The notes below the pieces were generated by a model. That model saw only the letters and a program-made list of their open reading frames with translations, did not search any database and was not told where the DNA came from. This document shows, piece after piece, positions 15,862-26,314 of a stretch of 64,000 bases of DNA; position 1 is the first letter of the stretch, and each line of letters begins with the position of its first letter. This DNA is from a virus (lineage: Duplodnaviria; Caudoviricetes): positions 1-64,000 of IMG/VR virus record IMGVR_UViG_3300021256_004135. One strand, written 5' to 3'. The position numbers and the translations under genes were made by a program.

Positions 15862-18800
15862 TCACGACGACCTCAACTGCATACCTCTCGACTGCATATC
15901 CCTCATAATGTTCTTGATGACGTGTAACTCCTCGGTGTTCGTCTCTATACGCTGCACGCTACCGTATATGGCCGCCACAGTCTGCTGTATGATGATGGTG
16001 TTGTCACGGATGGAAGCCGTATCCTCCTGAATGGCCGTGGCGCGGCCTCCGAGGTCGTCGATGCTCTCCTGCGAGGCTTGCGCGAAACCCCTCGACGAGG
16101 CCGTGCGGTCTCTGGCGGAATCCTCCAACCCAATACCGGCAGCATTTAGTTGATTTAGTAGACTCTGATACAACTCCTTTGCACCATCAATCTGCGTTCT
16201 CAATCCATCCGCAAGACCCACAAAAGCCTCGTTAGTCCAGATATAGTTTCCAAATTCATCCTGGTCAAGTCCAGCATTGGCGGCATAGTCCTGGAGATAC
16301 TTATTAAGCCTCTGCATCAACGGCTGCACAAACACGGTCTGCGTGACCATGTTACGAATCATATCATCAATACTCTCATTGATTTTATCGATGGCCGCCT
16401 CGAAATTGGTTCCAAACTTCTTGAAGATGTCAAGCCACGTATTCACAATACTTTGGAAGTCGGAGCCTGCCAGACTCTCAAACATATTCCTCAAAGAATC
16501 CGTCATCTGGTATTCTATCTCGCGGATATTACGAAGAGCCTCCGCCGCCTTTTCCTCGTCACCGGCCAGAAGACTTGCAAGATACTCGGCTTCATAGATA
16601 TTCTTGTTAATCTGTAGAGCTTGGTTGTTGAGATTGAATAGGTTTGTACTGTCGAATGAGTTATCCCAATAGGCTTCCTCAAACTCCTTTTTCAAAGCCT
16701 CCAGCCTTTCATACTGATTCTGCACGTATCCAGCAATAGCCCATCCTATACCGTTGGCAATGGAATAATCCATATTGCTTCTGGTGAAGTCCGAGTGAGA
16801 CACCGAGTCCCCGATAGCCTGTAAAGCAGCATCAAAAATGGTGTTGAAAATCCTTGCGCTGATATGCGGTATGTCCGTTCCGAACATAAAGTTACCAGTG
16901 CCACCGGCATCGTTGTACATCATTTCCCTAAGTCTCATGGCCGCTGCCGTGTAGTACATCTGCCATTCATAAGGCAAGGCTGCCGGATTGTTTGTGTACA
17001 ACGCTCCCCACATACCATTTCCCTCCGGCGTTATTCCGTAGCCGTTTCGGTTCATCGCGTCTCTCCAAGCCCACGCGCTTCGGGTCGTGTTGAACCTATT
17101 TTCGTCAAGGGTGTTGAAGAACTCCAGCATAGCCGAAGCGTAGTTTTTGTAGTCGAGACCCGTAATGGTGCCTGCCATCGACTTGACACTCGCGTTGATA
17201 CTATTGATGCCAGACAGTATGTCGGACATATATGAGATAGATTCTTCCACACGGGCTTGATATTCCGCCTCTTTCTGCGCTTCGCTCTTGAAAATGGAAG
17301 TCAGCACCCCTTGGCCGATGCCCAGCACCGCACCGATGAGTGCGCCCCATCCGCCTCCTATCTGCGCACCGGCGGCTGCATAGCCTCCGGCGGTACTGAT
17401 GGTGTCGGCGATGCTCTGGAAGGTATCGGCCATCTTCTCCAGATGGGCGTTGTTGGTAGCCTCCGCGAACTCCCTCATGGCACTGGCAAGTCCGCTGGCC
17501 AGAGACGAAATTTTCTGTAGGCCGTTCAAGAGAAACTCCACGCCCTGCTCCACGGTCTCCTTGCTATCGCCACTGAAAGCGTCCTTGAAGGCATCCTTTA
17601 GCGTGTAACCGCCCTTGCCCATCTGCTGTATCTCACGCTTGACCTTGCGGACATTCTCGATGAACTGGCGAAACTCCGCCTCGGTGGTATTGCTGTCGCC
17701 ATACTCGTTTCGGAACTCCTCCAAGGTCATCTTCTCCATCTGACGGAGCTTCTCGATGGCTATCTTGACATTGGCGTAGGTCTGCTCGGCAAAGACATCG
17801 CCGATAGAGTTTTCGATGAACTCACGCTGTATGTTCCTCATACTCTCGGAATACTGGCGTTCCAGTTCCTTGAGGGCGGCTTGCATGGCTTTTTTCTTCT
17901 TGGGGTCTGTCTCCACCATCATGGCGGACTGCAACTCCCTGCGTTTCTGCTCGCTCTCCTCGGTGAGTTCCGTGACCTTCTGCTGGTATCCGGCATAGTC
18001 GCCTATGAGTTCGGCGTAGAGTTCCTTCATCTTGGCGCGGTACGCCTCATCGAAGAGCGCGAGCTGATCCTGCGTAGCTCCCTTCTCCTCCAGCACCTTG
18101 CGGTCTTCCTGATAGCGGCGTTCAAGATTGAGACGCTGCGACAGAAAGGACTGGCTCTGACCTATGGCCTCGCGCATGGCCTCGGCCTCCTGCTGTCGCC
18201 ACTTGGCATCGGCGTTATCGCGGATGGTCTGCATCTCGTTGTATATCTCCACCATACCCTCTCGGTACGCTTCCAGTTCCTCGGTGGAGAGACCACTGTT
18301 CTCATCCACGGTCTTGTCGGCGGCGTAGGGGTTGGCCTTCTCGTCCTGGTCTGGATGCGCAGCAGCCCATTCCTTGGCTTTGAGTCCCTTCCACTTGCGC
18401 TCCTTCTCTTTCTCCTGCTCGTCAATCTGCGCCACCTCTTTCTCGTGATTGAGTTTGAGCTGCCGCAGGGTCTTTTTCAAGCCGTCCGCCATCGCGTCGA
18501 TACTTATCTGCTCGATGTCCCACTGGGTCTGCTGCTCCATTCTCGCCGTGGCCTCGCGGTAGGCAGCCAGTGCTTTGAGGTATTCCTTCTTCAACCGCTC
18601 GCATTCGGCCTCGTACTTCTCCAGCCGTTTGAGGTCGTCATTGTCGGGGGCTTCCTCGATATTGGCCCCTTTGAGTATCTCGGCGGCTTTCTTGGCGGCA
18701 TCGGACTGCTTCTCAATGAGGTCGTTGAGTTTCTTTTCAGCCTCCTTGTACGCTTCCTCGTCTGCCTGGTAACGCCGTTTCGCCTCGTCGAATGCCCTCA

Positions 18801-20325
18801 CGCTGAACGGCGTATGCAGCGCGTCGTAGTCCTGATAGCCGGGGGTGTTCCTGTTGGCCTCCAAGTCGTCGTACATGAACTGCTGGGCGGAGTTGTATCT
18901 GGTGGCGGCCTCGTCATAAGCCTCCTTGGCCTTGACATACTCCTTGGCGGCTTTCATGATGTCCTCGTCGAGAGAGGCGGCAATGGCGCGCTGCACCTGC
19001 GCGCTGACAAAGGCATCGGTGTTCTTGACAAGGAGGTTCTCCGCATCCGCCACGCTGTGGATGGACACGCCCAGGTCGTCGAAGGCTTTCTTGTTCTTCT
19101 CGATAAACTTCTTCTTCTCCTCCAGGGAGTCCCCTATCTTGTTCCACTGGTTCTGGAGCTTCTTTATCCCGGCCACGGGCGCGCTGCCCAGTTCGCCGAC
19201 CTTCTCCTTGAACTCCTCCACGGCTTTCTTCGCCTCCTCGATTTTCTCTTTCTGCTCTTTCTGTCTCCGCACAAAGATGCCTATGATGCTCACGGCTGCG
19301 GTGGCTGCTGTGAGGATGAGTCCGAGGGGGTTGGCGCGCAACGCCGCCCACAACGCCCTGACGCTCACCGTGGCGGTGGTCGCACCCATGGAGACACCGA
19401 TGAAGGCGGTCTTGAGTTTCGACAGCATAAGCATGAAGGCGGAGTTCTTCTGGAGCGTCCGCATCACGGTCTGGAGTCCCATCATGGCGGCGATGCAGCC
19501 CTGCACCTTGGTCTGCACCTTCTGGAGGTCTTCGCTCGCCGTACCGAAGATAGCCAAGGCACCCTGCACCGCGCTGAACCCTCCCACCAGTCCTTGCAGA
19601 CCCGACACAGCACCCTGCAAGCCAGCGGTGTTGGTGGCCAACAGTTGGGTCTCCTTGTTGACCTCGTTGATGGTCATGCCAAGGTCACGGGCTTTGGCTT
19701 GCAGTTCCTTGTAGGCATCGGAGCCTTTGACGGCGGCCACGGCCATCTCGCCGCCCTGCTCCCTCGCGGACAGTATCATCTGCTGCATCTCGCCTCTGAC
19801 CTGCATCAGTTGGGTGCGCAGCCGTGTGTGGGTGTTGCCTGCCTCCTCCGCGCTGTGGGTGATGTTCTTGAACTTGCCGTCCTGATCCTGCAAGGTGCGT
19901 GTGACTTCGGCAATCTCCTTGCCCACGTCCTTGTACATCCCTATCATGCCGCCCAGTTCACGCTGCCACTCTTTGAGTTCCATTGACTTGGCATCGTTGC
20001 CCGACATGAATGCCTGCGCCGCAGCGTGGCCGAGTTTATCGTATTCCTTTTGGAGCGTCCTGATAGCCTCCTGGTTGGCGTTGGCAAGCGGCTCGACCAT
20101 AGCCCACGCCGTCTCTATATCCTTGCCCACGGCGGCAATCTGCTCTCCCATCTTGCCCAGTTTGCCGCCAGACATCTTGGTCATGCTGTCCAGCCTCTCG
20201 CCCGATTGCTGCACGCTCTCCGTCAGGGCCAGCACGCCGCTCTGCGCACGGTCGAGACCGGCGTAGAACTCTTTCTCGTCGAGGCCGAGTCGGATGTAAA
20301 TGTCTCCGCTGTTGTCGTTGTCCAT
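15862..20325 (-). CDS. Tape measure protein
   Basis: 1487 aa, helical/coiled coil, ANPLGLIL motif; follows the tail chaperones. Confidence 0.88.
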   Translation of the reverse strand: MDNDNSGDIYIRLGLDEKEFYAGLDRAQSGVLALTESVQQSGERLDSMTKMSGGKLGKMGEQIAAVGKDIETAWAMVEPLANANQEAIRTLQKEYDKLGHAAAQAFMSGNDAKSMELKEWQRELGGMIGMYKDVGKEIAEVTRTLQDQDGKFKNITHSAEEAGNTHTRLRTQLMQVRGEMQQMILSAREQGGEMAVAAVKGSDAYKELQAKARDLGMTINEVNKETQLLATNTAGLQGAVSGLQGLVGGFSAVQGALAIFGTASEDLQKVQTKVQGCIAAMMGLQTVMRTLQKNSAFMLMLSKLKTAFIGVSMGATTATVSVRALWAALRANPLGLILTAATAAVSIIGIFVRRQKEQKEKIEEAKKAVEEFKEKVGELGSAPVAGIKKLQNQWNKIGDSLEEKKKFIEKNKKAFDDLGVSIHSVADAENLLVKNTDAFVSAQVQRAIAASLDEDIMKAAKEYVKAKEAYDEAATRYNSAQQFMYDDLEANRNTPGYQDYDALHTPFSVRAFDEAKRRYQADEEAYKEAEKKLNDLIEKQSDAAKKAAEILKGANIEEAPDNDDLKRLEKYEAECERLKKEYLKALAAYREATARMEQQTQWDIEQISIDAMADGLKKTLRQLKLNHEKEVAQIDEQEKEKERKWKGLKAKEWAAAHPDQDEKANPYAADKTVDENSGLSTEELEAYREGMVEIYNEMQTIRDNADAKWRQQEAEAMREAIGQSQSFLSQRLNLERRYQEDRKVLEEKGATQDQLALFDEAYRAKMKELYAELIGDYAGYQQKVTELTEESEQKRRELQSAMMVETDPKKKKAMQAALKELERQYSESMRNIQREFIENSIGDVFAEQTYANVKIAIEKLRQMEKMTLEEFRNEYGDSNTTEAEFRQFIENVRKVKREIQQMGKGGYTLKDAFKDAFSGDSKETVEQGVEFLLNGLQKISSLASGLASAMREFAEATNNAHLEKMADTFQSIADTISTAGGYAAAGAQIGGGWGALIGAVLGIGQGVLTSIFKSEAQKEAEYQARVEESISYMSDILSGINSINASVKSMAGTITGLDYKNYASAMLEFFNTLDENRFNTTRSAWAWRDAMNRNGYGITPEGNGMWGALYTNNPAALPYEWQMYYTAAAMRLREMMYNDAGGTGNFMFGTDIPHISARIFNTIFDAALQAIGDSVSHSDFTRSNMDYSIANGIGWAIAGYVQNQYERLEALKKEFEEAYWDNSFDSTNLFNLNNQALQINKNIYEAEYLASLLAGDEEKAAEALRNIREIEYQMTDSLRNMFESLAGSDFQSIVNTWLDIFKKFGTNFEAAIDKINESIDDMIRNMVTQTVFVQPLMQRLNKYLQDYAANAGLDQDEFGNYIWTNEAFVGLADGLRTQIDGAKELYQSLLNQLNAAGIGLEDSARDRTASSRGFAQASQESIDDLGGRATAIQEDTASIRDNTIIIQQTVAAIYGSVQRIETNTEELHVIKNIMRDMQSRGMQLRSS

Positions 20326-20332
20326 CTGACAG

Positions 20333-20515
20333 TTATTTCATGTTGTTGATGAGTTGGAGGTACATATCGCGGTTGCGCGGGTCTTGCGCGTAGAGGACAT
20401 CCTTGCCGTCCTTGCCCTTCTGCTTCTTCTCCCCATCGTCGAGACTCGGTATCACCGCGCCGTAGAGGATGAGGTTGGCATAGGAGAGGTTATAGAGGAT
20501 GTCCTTGAAGGGCAT
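20333..20515 (-). CDS. Tail assembly chaperone, C-terminal (frameshifted) part
   Basis: The -1 frame relative to the upstream gene is open from 20623 to 20333. Confidence 0.6.
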   Translation of the reverse strand: MPFKDILYNLSYANLILYGAVIPSLDDGEKKQKGKDGKDVLYAQDPRNRDMYLQLINNMK

Positions 20516-20538
20516 TCTGTACCATTTCGAGAACGACC

Positions 20539-21021
20539 CTACCGTTGCCCAGATGCTGTCGTTTCCGCTTTCGTCGCCTTGGTGATGTTTATCCCTGACA
20601 GGAAAGCGGTAAGCGCGAAAAAATCAGCCACCTGCATCCTGCGTATCAGCACCGTCATGGCCTCGTTGAGGGTACGCGAGGTGTGTCTGGCGAGGAGCGT
20701 CCGGCCTTTGCGCTCAATCCTACGGCGGCAGATAGCCCTTCCTATCCACCCGAACTGCCCCCACCACGCACCGACGAGCATGATGGCCACTATCCTGCCC
20801 ACGCCGCCGCAGTCCTTGGCGTAGCGGAGGGTCTTGGTGATGATGTCCATCTCGCTCTTCGCCGCCATGTCCGTGGGCAACTGGCTTATCTCCGCCGAGA
20901 GCATGATGAGTGTCGCCGCCGTGGGCTGCGCTACGCGGTAGGTGCGGTGTCCTATCTGTATGCGGCTGTGCTGCTGGAGGATGACATTCTCCGTCTGCCG
21001 CTCTATGGTCTCTTTCTTCAT
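20539..21021 (-). CDS. Tail assembly chaperone
   Basis: Lies between major tail and tape measure genes; in-frame T-TTT-TTC slippery site. Confidence 0.7.
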   Translation of the reverse strand: MKKETIERQTENVILQQHSRIQIGHRTYRVAQPTAATLIMLSAEISQLPTDMAAKSEMDIITKTLRYAKDCGGVGRIVAIMLVGAWWGQFGWIGRAICRRRIERKGRTLLARHTSRTLNEAMTVLIRRMQVADFFALTAFLSGINITKATKAETTASGQR

Positions 21022-21038
21022 TGTGTTCCTTTCTTTGA

Positions 21039-21069
21039 AAAAAGGGACACCCCATGCGAGGATGTCCCC
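21039..21069 (-). terminator. Intrinsic terminator after the major tail gene
   Basis: Minus strand GGGACATCC..GGGTGTCCC followed by T6. Confidence 0.6.
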
Positions 21070-21108
21070 CATCGAACTTAATACTATGACGAAACGCTGA
21101 CGGCTCGT

Positions 21109-21843
21109 TTAGAAGGATTTCAGCACGACACCGTCCATCCTGACCTCCGTGAGCGAACCTGCCGAGGTGACACCCTCGAAGACGGCTTGCGTGGCCGTAG
21201 AGCTGCTCTTCTTGGTGAGGCCGATGATGTTGTTGCCCACCTTGATGGTGGCGGAGATGGTGCTGTTGAGATTGGTGCCGGTGACGGTGAGTTCCGCAGT
21301 ACCGGCCGTAAGGGTGGCCGGAGTGTCGCGCTCCTGGGTAGCCACGACGGAGCTGCCCACCTTCAGGGAGAAGCCGCTGGCCACGGCAGCGGAGGCCGTG
21401 TAAGGCTGCACGGTGTTCTCGCCCTCGGCGGGAACGAGACCCATGACGGTGTAGGTGTAACGCCAGCCGTCGGTGGTGTTGTACTCCTGCAGGGCCTTGA
21501 CGGTGCCTTTCTTGATGAGGATGCCTGGGCAGGTCTCGTCCTCCACGGGGATGACGCGCACGGCGAAGAAGCCCTGCACCACACCGTCGTTGTCAGCGAA
21601 GGGCAGCGGAACGCCCTTCTTGACGAAGACTCCCACGGTGAGCTGGTAGGTGTTCTTGCCAGCCAGTTTGTCGATGACCTGACCGCCCTCAATCTTGGCC
21701 TCCAGGTCGGTGCCTTCGTTGGTGGTCAGCACCACGGAGCCTTCCACCGGCTCCAGAATCTGACCCCAGGTGCCGGTCGTCGGGAAGGCGTTGCCACTCC
21801 AGCGGAGATACTCCACACGGCATTTTCCAAAGTTTACATCCAT
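21109..21843 (-). CDS. Major tail (tube) protein with C-terminal Ig-like extension
   Basis: Position; LEAKIEGG motif; beta-rich C-terminus. Confidence 0.7.
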   Translation of the reverse strand: MDVNFGKCRVEYLRWSGNAFPTTGTWGQILEPVEGSVVLTTNEGTDLEAKIEGGQVIDKLAGKNTYQLTVGVFVKKGVPLPFADNDGVVQGFFAVRVIPVEDETCPGILIKKGTVKALQEYNTTDGWRYTYTVMGLVPAEGENTVQPYTASAAVASGFSLKVGSSVVATQERDTPATLTAGTAELTVTGTNLNSTISATIKVGNNIIGLTKKSSSTATQAVFEGVTSAGSLTEVRMDGVVLKSF

Positions 21844-21885
21844 AATGTTTTTCCTTTCTTTTGGTTATTGGTTAATGGTTGATTG

Positions 21886-22302
21886 TCAATAGTGTTCGTT
21901 GAGCAACTTAAAGTCCATCTTGAGCGACACGAAATGCTCCTTGATGTCCGGCTCTTTGAGGGTGGTTATCATCCCCGACGGACGGAAGAGGATGCCCGTG
22001 GCCCTGGTGAGGGCTTTCGGGAGGGTCGCCGCCCATTGCTCCAGAGTGTCGGTGCGGCGTTTGTCTTTGAGGACGGCTCCGCTGGCCACCGTGATGTCGG
22101 GAACATAGACGTTGATGAGGCACGACCCTTTCTGCACCTGCTTGTTGTCGCCGGTCAGCGACCGCACCACGATGTCCTCCTTGTTCTGGTCGTTGCCGTT
22201 CTGGGTGGGGCGCATACCGCTGTAGTACACTTCGCCGTTTATCGGCAAGACCATCGCTTTGAGGGCGTTGTACAGTATGGTTTCCAGTTGTCCTCCCGTC
22301 AT
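21886..22302 (-). CDS. Tail terminator / neck protein
   Basis: Position and size; INVYVPDI motif. Confidence 0.55.
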   Translation of the reverse strand: MTGGQLETILYNALKAMVLPINGEVYYSGMRPTQNGNDQNKEDIVVRSLTGDNKQVQKGSCLINVYVPDITVASGAVLKDKRRTDTLEQWAATLPKALTRATGILFRPSGMITTLKEPDIKEHFVSLKMDFKLLNEHY

Positions 22303-22721
22303 AGTTGCATCTCGTTTATCAAGGAACTGACTATCTCGTCCATCCTGAACCGCGCCCCGTCCAGCACCACATGGCCGCTGCGCTCCACATAGAGGGCATA
22401 GCGCATACCGGCCACGACTATGAGCGTAGGACTGTCGGTGGAGAGTTCCGAGACGGCCTTGTGCAAGGCTGCAAGTCCTTCACTCTCACCATCTCCGCCA
22501 CCGAATCCGCCGACCTTCACCAGCCTTCCCTCCACGGCCACGCCGTAGCCGATGGATGCCGTAAGACGGCCTGTGACATCGTTATAGGTCTTGGTATCTC
22601 TGGCCACCTCGCAGAAGCGGTCTCCCACCTTGGCGAGGAAGTCCGCCTCGATGAGCCGCACCCTGTTGGGAAGGTTTCTCAACAGCCCCATAGCACCGCT
22701 GCTGTCGCACGTCATACCCAT
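22299..22721 (-). CDS. HK97 gp10-like neck protein
   Basis: YNDVTGRLTASIGY and VAGMRYALYVE motifs. Confidence 0.7.
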   Translation of the reverse strand: MGMTCDSSGAMGLLRNLPNRVRLIEADFLAKVGDRFCEVARDTKTYNDVTGRLTASIGYGVAVEGRLVKVGGFGGGDGESEGLAALHKAVSELSTDSPTLIVVAGMRYALYVERSGHVVLDGARFRMDEIVSSLINEMQL

Positions 22722-23182
22722 AGCTCCACAGTATTGGTGAGATGGTAGTATTCGATGCGCTGCACCTGGTAGAAGCCAAGTTCGCCCTTGTCGTCGTGGC
22801 GGAGCGACACCGCCGAAGGGTGGAAGTCGCTCCCCACGTCTTCAAGGTTGCAGGTGACGGAATAGCGGCACGACTTGTAGTCGCCATCGTCGTAACTACC
22901 CTTGCGGTGTTCCGTGACGGTGGTGATGGTGCATCTGACCTCCGCCATCTGCTGCTTGGGCAGAGCCACGGGATAACCCTCGCTGTCAAGGTCTGCCACT
23001 CGCTCCGTCTGCGGCTCACCGCCACCGTTCTCCAATTCCAGAGAGGTCAGAGTCAACGTCATGGCATCGCGGTTGCCTTGCTGTAGGCTGACGGTGATAG
23101 GCTCGGAGAGCGTGAGAGGCTCTTCGGGTACTGCCACACCGTGGCTGTAGTAGCGCATGATGCCGTTGGGGAATATCTGCAT
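22712..23182 (-). CDS. Head-closure-like protein
   Basis: Position in the neck module. Confidence 0.5.
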   Translation of the reverse strand: MQIFPNGIMRYYSHGVAVPEEPLTLSEPITVSLQQGNRDAMTLTLTSLELENGGGEPQTERVADLDSEGYPVALPKQQMAEVRCTITTVTEHRKGSYDDGDYKSCRYSVTCNLEDVGSDFHPSAVSLRHDDKGELGFYQVQRIEYYHLTNTVELWV

Positions 23183-23201
23183 GGTGGTGAGGGGTTTAGA
23201 T

Positions 23202-23531
23202 TTACCACATATCCGAGCGGTCTGTGATGGTGGAGAGTTCCTCTCCGGCTTCGCCGATGAGCGGCTCACCGTACTGGCGGTATATGGCGTTGGCTGTACC
23301 GCGTATGCCCGCTGGGTTCTGTGCCGTGATGGAGCCTCCCTGGGAGAGATTGACCATCGTCAGTACCAGACGCAGTGTGTCGGCATAGGCCAGACGGAAT
23401 GCCTTGCTGTCGGCTATATCCTTGGTATAGTCGGCAGCAGGCTCCGCGCCACGGCAGATGAGTTTCTCTTCGGCCTGCGCGTCCGTCAGAGGGTAATTTA
23501 CCCTCGCCTTTATCGCCTCAAGTACGGTCAT
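23202..23531 (-). CDS. Head-tail connector protein
   Basis: MTVLEAIK, NLSQGG and ANAIYRQYGE motifs; position. Confidence 0.6.
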   Translation of the reverse strand: MTVLEAIKARVNYPLTDAQAEEKLICRGAEPAADYTKDIADSKAFRLAYADTLRLVLTMVNLSQGGSITAQNPAGIRGTANAIYRQYGEPLIGEAGEELSTITDRSDMW

Positions 23532-23932
23532 GCGCCCTTCTTCTTACGGTTGGAGGTGGACTTGGGAGCGGCGGCTTTGGGTCTGCCACCCTTGGACTTG
23601 GGAGCGGCCTTCGGCTCGGCTTCCTTCTCCGTTTCGGGAGCAGGATCTACAGCGGCGGTTTCTTCCTCCTCGGCTGGAGTCTCCTCTTCCACAGAGGTTT
23701 CTTCCTCCATCGGGGTCTCATCCACCGCAGCGGCCACCACATCGGCGGCTTCGCATTCGGCCTCTTCGTTGACTAACGTGTGGTCTGTCTCCGCGACCAG
23801 TTCGCACAGCCCCAGCTCCACAAGGCGGGCGGCACGCTTTTCATCGTCGATGTAGAGCGTCTCACCCACCTCGTGGTTAAGCAGGAAGTTGTGCTTGTCA
23901 CGGAACTCCGATATGACTTTGAGTTGCTTCAT
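23528..23932 (-). CDS. Hypothetical protein with acidic linker and basic tail
   Basis: In-operon ORF after the capsid gene. Confidence 0.6.
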   Translation of the reverse strand: MKQLKVISEFRDKHNFLLNHEVGETLYIDDEKRAARLVELGLCELVAETDHTLVNEEAECEAADVVAAAVDETPMEEETSVEEETPAEEEETAAVDPAPETEKEAEPKAAPKSKGGRPKAAAPKSTSNRKKKGA

Positions 23933-23938
23933 AACACT

Positions 23939-25027
23939 TTATGCCTGGGGGGTGGTGGTGTCAAGGGTGTAGATGCGGTCCACGTTGTTGATGACGGGTA
24001 CGGCCATAGCCTGTGCCTTGGTGAACTCCATCAGAGGCTCCTGCTCGCTGTACTGCGACACAAGCGTATAACTGTTGGCGGTCTGGTAGGAGACACCGGC
24101 CACGGGGCGAGTCTCCTCGGCGCACGAGGTGTACACGAGGTCTCCGACACGCTCATCGCAGCAGAAGACTACCATGCCGCTCTTCCAAGCCTTGTGGTTG
24201 GTGCGCTTGCCGTTGACCTCGGTGCGCGTGGTGCGAGCCACACGGATGAGTTCAGTACCCCACTGGCGCTGGAAGAGGTCGCGGAGCTGGTCGAAGGAAA
24301 GCGCGGGGACATTGCTGCCACCGCCGACATAGTTCTGCTGGAAGCCGAAGAGACCGCGAATCTCCGAGTTCTTGTAGAGGGCGCGGAGGACGATGTCGTC
24401 GGCATAGGCGAAGCGGATGGCGTTGCCGTCGGCGTTGGCCTGGTCGAGGATACCCACCACGTCGTCCACGGGATTGGCGGCGGCGTTGTTCCACGGCATG
24501 GCCACACCCTTCATGTTTTCGGGGAGATAGTGCATGTCGATGCGCACACCTTGGCCGATGTTGTTGGTGGCCAGTCCAATGCCGGTCGAGAACATCGAGA
24601 GGAAGATGTCCTCCAGACGCTCGTCGATGCCGTTGATGACCACGGGAACGTCGGAGAAGATACGATTGATGATGTCCTCTTCGGGGCGGTTCTGCGCAAT
24701 CATCGAGTCGATGTTCTTCATCTCCACCTCGTTCATGGAACGCTTCATGGCCAGTTTGGGAATCTCACCCACGTAGGTCATCAGGCTGTCACGGCTCTTG
24801 AGCGGGGTCTCGGAACCCAGGGCCACGACATCGGCGGCGACGTTCTGGTACTGCGCGGAGATGGCAGCCCAGCGGCCATCGGCGGAATAGCGCGGCGTGA
24901 GCAACTGGCGGAAGAGGAACGGGATGGCGCGGTTGTTCAGGGAGCGACCGTTGAGGTACTCCGTGACGGACAGCACATAGTTGGGGAAGTATCTCTCAAC
25001 TTGCTGGGGGAATAGGGATTGGTTCAT
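23939..25027 (-). CDS. Major capsid protein
   Basis: 362 aa; AADVVALGSETPLKSR and GEIPKLAMK motifs; follows scaffold and decoration genes. Confidence 0.8.
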   Translation of the reverse strand: MNQSLFPQQVERYFPNYVLSVTEYLNGRSLNNRAIPFLFRQLLTPRYSADGRWAAISAQYQNVAADVVALGSETPLKSRDSLMTYVGEIPKLAMKRSMNEVEMKNIDSMIAQNRPEEDIINRIFSDVPVVINGIDERLEDIFLSMFSTGIGLATNNIGQGVRIDMHYLPENMKGVAMPWNNAAANPVDDVVGILDQANADGNAIRFAYADDIVLRALYKNSEIRGLFGFQQNYVGGGSNVPALSFDQLRDLFQRQWGTELIRVARTTRTEVNGKRTNHKAWKSGMVVFCCDERVGDLVYTSCAEETRPVAGVSYQTANSYTLVSQYSEQEPLMEFTKAQAMAVPVINNVDRIYTLDTTTPQA

Positions 25028-25066
25028 GGTTGTTTTTCTTTATTAGGTTATGGTTGAATGGTTTGG

Positions 25067-25489
25067 TTAGGTGGTGGGTACGTCAGCGGCCTCCTCCTTG
25101 ACGAACATGATGTGCGGCAGAGCGGCCTTGATTTCGGCGGTAATCTCATAGGGGCAAGCCACCTCGTTGACCACACCGGCGGTGAGGATGGCGGCGGCTT
25201 TCTTCTTGGTGGTGGTAGCCTCCACAAGGCCGCAGTAGTTGTAGCCTTGGGGCTTGTTGTAGGTGGTTGTGGTCACTCCCTCGGTGGTGGTGACGTTGGG
25301 TTTCAGCGGCTTGTAGTTGCCGTTTCCGTCCGTAATGACGGGAAGGCCGGCGGGGACAATCTCGTCGGGATAGTCCGTGCAGTCCAGGGCGCGGCCTGCC
25401 TCGATGCCCGCGATGTGCTTGCGGATGACGATGCCGTCCTTGCCGCCCAGCACCTGCGTGCCTTCTCCCATGTAGTTGATGTTCTGCAT
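25067..25489 (-). CDS. Head decoration-like protein
   Basis: 140 aa, immediately upstream of the capsid gene. Confidence 0.6.
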   Translation of the reverse strand: MQNINYMGEGTQVLGGKDGIVIRKHIAGIEAGRALDCTDYPDEIVPAGLPVITDGNGNYKPLKPNVTTTEGVTTTTYNKPQGYNYCGLVEATTTKKKAAAILTAGVVNEVACPYEITAEIKAALPHIMFVKEEAADVPTT

Positions 25490-25519
25490 TGTTGTGATGG
25501 TTTTGGGTTTGACTTCGGT

Positions 25520-26290
25520 TTACTTCTTCTGCTCCGAGGGAAACAGTTTGGCCACCATGCCATCAGTGTCGGCCTTGGTGACTTCCTTGTTCCCGAACTG
25601 CGGGATGCCGTTCCGCGTGGGCAGGAAATTGGTCTTGATTTCGTTGGCATACTTCGTCAGGATCTCGTCAATCTTGGCATCGTCGGCATCGTCGGTGATG
25701 TCGGCGAAGCCGTGGGCTATCATCCAGTCGGGAATGCCTTTCGACTTTGCCTTGCTGTTGATGGCTTCTTTTCTGGCGGCAGCGGCCCGCGCAGCGTCCT
25801 CCTTGGTCTTGGCATCCTCGAAGTCCTTGAGTTTCTTGTCGCTCTCGTTCTTCGCCTTCTCGATGGCATCGAGCTTGTCCTGCCATTCTTTCTCACGCTT
25901 CTCACGTTCCGCCTTCTCCTTCTTGTACCATTCAGGCGTGTTCTTGTCCTCGGCTGGAGGTGTCACGGGCTGCTTTTCGGGATGCGCGGACTTGTAGTCG
26001 TCAAGCTCCTTCTGAACCTTGGCGATGGCGGCGGCGTGTTCCGTCTTGGCAGACTCGGCCTTGGTGTTGGCCTCGTTCTGGGTCTTCGTCACAGCGTCCT
26101 GAACCCTCTTGTCGTTAGACTTTTGCAGGTCTTCCAGATAGGCTTTCTGGCCGGCCACGATGCCCTGGAGGTTTTCGTCCGTTACCAACTTGGTGCCTGC
26201 CAGCATCTCCGCCAGTCCCGAAAGAATACCGTCACCTAACCCAAGATGGGCATACTCTTGTTTTAGGGCGTTCAAAATTTTGTCTTTCAT
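25520..26290 (-). CDS. Capsid scaffolding protein
   Basis: K/E/A-rich coiled coil; first gene of the head block. Confidence 0.65.
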   Translation of the reverse strand: MKDKILNALKQEYAHLGLGDGILSGLAEMLAGTKLVTDENLQGIVAGQKAYLEDLQKSNDKRVQDAVTKTQNEANTKAESAKTEHAAAIAKVQKELDDYKSAHPEKQPVTPPAEDKNTPEWYKKEKAEREKREKEWQDKLDAIEKAKNESDKKLKDFEDAKTKEDAARAAAARKEAINSKAKSKGIPDWMIAHGFADITDDADDAKIDEILTKYANEIKTNFLPTRNGIPQFGNKEVTKADTDGMVAKLFPSEQKK

Positions 26291-26314
26291 TTGGATATGA
26301 TTTTTGATTTCGGG

